A stretch of DNA of 64,000 bases from Gemmatimonadales bacterium (GTDB lineage Bacteria; Gemmatimonadota; Gemmatimonadetes; Gemmatimonadales; GWC2-71-9): contig OZ252244.1 of the NCBI GenBank assembly GCA_965249575.1, forward strand, positions 2,112,001 through 2,176,000. Direction: 5' to 3'. Shown here piece by piece: positions 59,505-64,000 of this stretch; position 1 is the stretch's first letter; each line of letters opens with the position of its first letter. The notes under the pieces are model-generated. The model was given only the letters and a program-made list of their open reading frames with translations, made no database searches and was not told the DNA's origin. Position numbers and translations under genes: made by a program.

Positions 59505-61400
59505 GTGACGACCCCGTTCATCCCGCATGGCATACCGCGCCGGCCGCGCAGCGCCGCTTCCCCTTCGCCGCCGTCCACCTGGCGCGAGCGGCTGGAAGCG
59601 CTCCGGTACATTCTGCCGCTCCTCCGCATGGTCTACGAGACCCACCGGCGATATACAGCGGGAATCGTGGTGCTGCGGGTCCTGCGGAGCTTCGTGCCGC
59701 TCGCGGTGTTGTGGGTCGGCAAGCTGATCATCGATGGCGTATTGCTGGCGATGCAGGACGCCGGAGCCGGGCGGCCCGTGGCCTGGGGCGCACTCGCGCT
59801 GCTGGTGACGGCCGAGCTGGCGATCGCGGTGACCGGGGAGGGTCTGGCGAGGGCGTCGTCACTACTGGAGAGCCTCCTGGGGGATCTGTTTTCCAACCGG
59901 GTGTCGGTGCGGCTCATGAAACACGCCGCCACGCTCGACATGACGCAGTTCGAGAACCCCGACACCTACGATCATCTGGAACGAGCGCGGCGGCAGACCG
60001 TTGGGCGAATCGGGCTCCTGGGCGTCGCGCTGACCACGGCGCAGGACGCGATCACGCTCGTAACGTTGGTCGGGGCGCTGACGGTCTACGTACCGTGGCT
60101 TATGCTCCTGCTCGCGATCGCCGTGGTGCCCTCGTTCCTCGGAGAAACGCACTTCGCGGCACTGGGTTACTCGTTGCTCTACCAGTGGACGCCGGAGCGG
60201 CGGCTGCTCGACTATCTTCGCTGGGTGGGCGCGAGCGACACGACGGTCAAGGAAGTCAAGTTGTTCGGGCTCTCACCGTTTCTGGTGCAACGCTATGATA
60301 CCCTCGCCGGGGACTTCTACCAGGCCAACAAGAGGCTATCGACGAAACGGGCGGCGGTATCGACGATCCTCGCAGTCGTGGGATCGGTTGGGTATTACGG
60401 CGCCTACGGGGTCATCATCTACCTGACGGTGACCGGGTACGAGTCGCCCGCGGGGCTCTTCACGATCGGTGTGCTGACCTTCTTGGCGGGCTCGTTCAGG
60501 CAGAGCCGGGACCTCATTCAGCGGATTCTACTGTCGCTGGCACAGATGTACGAACAGAGCCTCTACCTGCGCGACCTGTTTGCATTCTTCGAGCTACGAC
60601 CCCGCATCGCCTCGAAACCCGAGGCCGTGACGGTGCCCAATCCGCTTCGATCAGGGTTCGCCTTCGAGGACGTGAGCTTTCGGTACCCCGGCTCGAGCGA
60701 GTGGGCGGTTCGCAACCTCCAGTTCTCGATTCATCCAAGCGAGTCGATCGCCCTGGTTGGGGAGAACGGGGCGGGTAAGACAACGTTGGTCAAGTTGCTC
60801 GCGAGGCTCTATGACCCGGACGAAGGAAGGGTTCTTCTGGAGGGTGTCGACCTCAAGGATTATGACGTCGAAAGCCTGCGAGCGAACATCGGGGTCATTT
60901 TTCAAGATTACGTCAAGTATGACCTGATGCTCCGCGAGAACATCGGTGTCGGCCAGGTGGAACGCATCGAAGACCTGGAATCGATTCGGCACGCGGCGGA
61001 GCGCGGATTGGCCGATCAGGTGGTCAGGCGGGCCGCCGCAGGCTTCGATCAGCAGTTGGGCCGCCGTTTCGAGGGTGGCATTGAGCTGTCGGGGGGTGAG
61101 TGGCAAAAGGTGGCGCTCGCGCGGGCGTACATGCGCGATGCGCAGGTAGTCATCCTGGATGAGCCCACGGCTGCCCTGGATGCTCGGGCGGAATATCAGG
61201 TGTTCGCGAGGTTCACCGGGCTGACCCGCGGGCGCGTCGCGGTGATCATCTCGCATCGGTTCTCGACCGTTCGGATGGCGGACCGGATTCTGGTGCTGAA
61301 AGCGGGCCAGCTGATCGAGGAGGGTACCCACGACACGCTCGTCCGACACGGCGGGCTGTACGCGGATCTCTTCAACATGCAGGCGGCGGGATATCGTTAG
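59505..61400 (+). CDS. ABC transporter, fused permease/ATP-binding protein
   Basis: GENGAGKTT, IFQDY, LSGGEWQK, LDEPTAALD, SHRFST. Confidence 0.9.
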   Translation: MTTPFIPHGIPRRPRSAASPSPPSTWRERLEALRYILPLLRMVYETHRRYTAGIVVLRVLRSFVPLAVLWVGKLIIDGVLLAMQDAGAGRPVAWGALALLVTAELAIAVTGEGLARASSLLESLLGDLFSNRVSVRLMKHAATLDMTQFENPDTYDHLERARRQTVGRIGLLGVALTTAQDAITLVTLVGALTVYVPWLMLLLAIAVVPSFLGETHFAALGYSLLYQWTPERRLLDYLRWVGASDTTVKEVKLFGLSPFLVQRYDTLAGDFYQANKRLSTKRAAVSTILAVVGSVGYYGAYGVIIYLTVTGYESPAGLFTIGVLTFLAGSFRQSRDLIQRILLSLAQMYEQSLYLRDLFAFFELRPRIASKPEAVTVPNPLRSGFAFEDVSFRYPGSSEWAVRNLQFSIHPSESIALVGENGAGKTTLVKLLARLYDPDEGRVLLEGVDLKDYDVESLRANIGVIFQDYVKYDLMLRENIGVGQVERIEDLESIRHAAERGLADQVVRRAAAGFDQQLGRRFEGGIELSGGEWQKVALARAYMRDAQVVILDEPTAALDARAEYQVFARFTGLTRGRVAVIISHRFSTVRMADRILVLKAGQLIEEGTHDTLVRHGGLYADLFNMQAAGYR

Positions 61401-61531
61401 GCAGACACGTCGGAGTCGTCTTGCAGTGGCCGGTCCAAATCACTAACGTCAATAACTGGTTGGAGTTGCGCGGACGAGCGAGGGAATGCGCAGCCCGCGA
61501 AATGCGTTAACGTGTTCAGCAGAGGCTCCAC

Positions 61532-62203
61532 ATGGATGTCACGCAGACATTTCTCATACTTGCTGCCGGACTGATGGTCGGAGCCTGCGAAAGTGAGCAG
61601 GTCGGCTCGCCGCTGTCACCGAACTCGAGCGCATCCCCAGCCGATGCCGAGCTGCAGCTTGCTACGTCGGTGGCTGGCGCTGCTAGCGAGGAGATGCAAG
61701 CTCGGGGAGGTCAGCCGAGCGGCCTGGTACGCAGAATGGTCGCGGCGGTTGAGGAACGGGGCGACGACGAGGCCCGCGCACTTTTGGCACGCGCCGCCGA
61801 GCTCCGGTCGGCCGCCAGGGAGGAGCAGGATCGCCAGAAGGCGCGGCAGGCGCAGAATCTCGTGCTTCTCGCGGTAGTGAAAACCTTCCCCAACGCCCCG
61901 GCGCGGGTCGGCGGCATCGTTGAGTCCACGCTCCGGCGGATTCGCGCGCACGTTGCCGACAGGCGGATCCCCGACCGGATCCGGGAGGTCTTGCGGCGGG
62001 TCGTGCGATTCCACAATGCGGCGAACGATGCACTCGCGAAGCTGGATGAAGGGGGGACGGACATCTCTCCCGACCGATTGCGCGTCCGCGCCCTCCGATT
62101 CAACCTGCGGGCTGCGATGATTCTCGAGCGTTTCGTCGATCATGTGAAGAAGCAGGACGCCGGCGCCGGCGGAGGCGATCCGGCGCGCCCGACAGCTCGG
62201 TAG
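61532..62203 (+). CDS. Hypothetical helical lipoprotein
   Basis: GAGG RBS; lipobox VGAC; no recognised domain. Confidence 0.6.
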   Translation: MDVTQTFLILAAGLMVGACESEQVGSPLSPNSSASPADAELQLATSVAGAASEEMQARGGQPSGLVRRMVAAVEERGDDEARALLARAAELRSAAREEQDRQKARQAQNLVLLAVVKTFPNAPARVGGIVESTLRRIRAHVADRRIPDRIREVLRRVVRFHNAANDALAKLDEGGTDISPDRLRVRALRFNLRAAMILERFVDHVKKQDAGAGGGDPARPTAR

Positions 62204-62345
62204 CACCTCATTGGTCCGGGGCTCGCTCCAGAGCCTCGCGTGACCGGCAACGACGATTCCCCTCCTCCCGCGTCGAGGCCCGTGCCGTTTGACAGGTGAG
62301 GCCCCTTTCACCATGTTCCCTCCCCGCCGAATGGGAGGTTTTTTC

Positions 62346-64000
62346 GTGGCTGCGCATGGAGGTAAAGCGATCCGCAATGTGGCGGTATTGGGCCACGGCG
62401 CGTGCGGCAAGACGACCCTCGTCGATGCACTCGCGTTCGTGGCTGGAACGAGCAAGAGACATGGTTCGGTACGAGACGGCACCGCCCTGACTGACTACAC
62501 CCCCGACGAAATCGAGAAGCAATACTCCATCAATCTTGGGCTTGCCCACGCCGAGTGGGATGACGTGAAGATCAATCTCATCGACACGCCCGGGTACCTC
62601 GACTTTGCTGGCGACGCGCTCGCGGGAGTCGCCGCCGCCGACACCGCATTGATCGTCGTCAGCGCGACGGGTGGCGTGGAGGTGGGGACGGAGCAGGTCT
62701 GGGACTATGCGTCGCAGGCCGGCCTGCCGAAAGTGTTCTTCGTTTCTCTCATGGACAAGGAGCACGCGGACTTCGCCCGCGTCTTCTCGGACATCAAGGA
62801 ACACGTGACGTCCAAGGTGCTGCCGATTGAGATACCGATCGGTGAGGGACCGGATTTCCATGGGATCGTTAATCTCTTCTCGCGCAAATGCCACCTCTTC
62901 AAATCGGAAACCAAGACTGGTGAATACGAGGAGGCCGATGTGCCTCCTGAGCTCAAGGATCGCTTTGAGCGATATTCCCAAGATCTCATAGAGACCATTG
63001 CGACCACGGACGATTCGTTGTTGGAGCGCTATCTGGGTGGGGAGGAGATCCCGGCCGAAGAGGCCATCGCCGCAATGAAGGCGGGTATGGTGCGGGGTGA
63101 AGTGTTCCCTCTGTTGTGCGGGTCGGCGGAAAAGACCTATGCGATGCGGGCGCTCCTGTCGAAACTGGTGGAGGTGGCTCCGGGCCCGGCAGACCGCCCG
63201 GCGCGCGCTGTGAAGACGTGGGGTGACCTCAAGCCTATCGAGCTCCGCGCCGCCGACGAAGCGCCGTTCGTGGCGCAGGTGTTCAAGACGGTTTCAGAGC
63301 CGCATGTTGGTGACGTCTCATTCTTCAGAGTGGTGTCTGGATCGGTGAAGAATGGGATGGAAGTGTACAACGCTCCGCGCGAGTCGATGGAGAAGCTGAA
63401 CCACCTCTCGTTTGCGCAGGGCAAGGAGCGCACCGAAGTCCCGCTGCTGCATGCGGGAGACATCGGCGTTGTCGCCAAGCTCAAGAATACGCATACCAAT
63501 GACACGTTATCGACCCAGGCCGTTCCCGTGGCCCTTCCCAAGATCCCCTTCCCCGATCCGGTGATTATGATGGCGATCGAGGTGAAGCAGCGGGGAGAAG
63601 AGGACAAGCTCTCCACCGGGTTGCAACGGCTGCACGAAGAAGACCCGACGTTTCACCACGAGTTCAACCCGGAGCTGGGACAAACGTTCGTACGCGGGCG
63701 GGGCGAGCGGCATCTGGACGTCATCGTGGGACGCCTCGCGAGGAATTTCGGAGTGCATGCCGAGCTCGTCCGGCCGCGGATCGCCTACCGTGAGACCCTC
63801 AAGGGCAAGGGCGACGGTCAGGGGAAGCACAAGAAGCAGAGCGGTGGTCGAGGTCAGTTCGGCGATTGCTGGGTACGCATCTCACCCAAGCGTCAGGGTG
63901 AGGGATACGAGTTCGACAATAAGATCGTTGGAGGCGCGATTCCGAGTAAGTACGTCTCGGCGGTCGACCGCGGTATCCAGGAGGCGGCCCAGCGGGGAGT
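62346..64000 (+). CDS. fusA: Elongation factor G-like protein (EF-G2 type), 3'-partial
   Basis: GGGAGG RBS and GTG; IRNVAVLGHGACGKTT, DTPGYLDF, EDPT, YRETL, HKKQSGGRGQFG; runs off the window end. Not listed in the ORF track. Confidence 0.9.
   Translation, partial: MAAHGGKAIRNVAVLGHGACGKTTLVDALAFVAGTSKRHGSVRDGTALTDYTPDEIEKQYSINLGLAHAEWDDVKINLIDTPGYLDFAGDALAGVAAADTALIVVSATGGVEVGTEQVWDYASQAGLPKVFFVSLMDKEHADFARVFSDIKEHVTSKVLPIEIPIGEGPDFHGIVNLFSRKCHLFKSETKTGEYEEADVPPELKDRFERYSQDLIETIATTDDSLLERYLGGEEIPAEEAIAAMKAGMVRGEVFPLLCGSAEKTYAMRALLSKLVEVAPGPADRPARAVKTWGDLKPIELRAADEAPFVAQVFKTVSEPHVGDVSFFRVVSGSVKNGMEVYNAPRESMEKLNHLSFAQGKERTEVPLLHAGDIGVVAKLKNTHTNDTLSTQAVPVALPKIPFPDPVIMMAIEVKQRGEEDKLSTGLQRLHEEDPTFHHEFNPELGQTFVRGRGERHLDVIVGRLARNFGVHAELVRPRIAYRETLKGKGDGQGKHKKQSGGRGQFGDCWVRISPKRQGEGYEFDNKIVGGAIPSKYVSAVDRGIQEAAQRG

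Noticed and set aside
62208..63830. Minus-strand ORFs at the window end
   Set aside because: Antisense to the partial EF-G gene, which the track omitted because it has no stop codon in the window.

Overview
GC-rich bacterial chromosome segment. The Ser/Thr kinase plus BTAD-ATPase regulator pair and the many lipoproteins suggest a Gemmatimonadota-like genome; this is inference only. No rRNA, tRNA, CRISPR array or intact mobile element was seen. Main blocks: (1) 1-7.5 kb, an operon for a Nitrospira/anammox-type cytochrome bd-like oxidase with two cupredoxin-like proteins, three c-type cytochromes (5 CxxCH) and two EB_dh heme-b domains. (2) 15-25.6 kb, a CoA-dependent anthranilate (abm-type) operon behind a perfect 18-bp palindrome. 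It converges on a translationally coupled operon: 64-aa ORF, reductive-dehalogenase-like B12/2x[4Fe-4S] protein, kynA, kynB. This is the best candidate for an undescribed system, namely catabolism of halogenated tryptophan/anthranilate. (3) 25.7-35 kb, a metal-limitation region with two copies of a DtxR/MntR-like operator, a broken di-heme/porin pair, mntABCD, gpmA, a signal-less BtuF-like protein and two ZIP transporters. (4) An archease-rtcB-HPF/CSD-PRTase cluster, a His/Asp-tailed class II cytochrome c, DUF3179/TlpA genes, arsS with its AhpD-like partner, DUF1800/DUF1501, an ABC exporter and a partial EF-G2. More than a dozen lesions (nonsense codons, 1-nt frameshifts, gene-fusing deletions) fall in accessory genes while the large operons are intact. 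That pattern suggests ongoing gene decay, though assembly error cannot be excluded. All family assignments come from motif recognition by eye; no database search was run.
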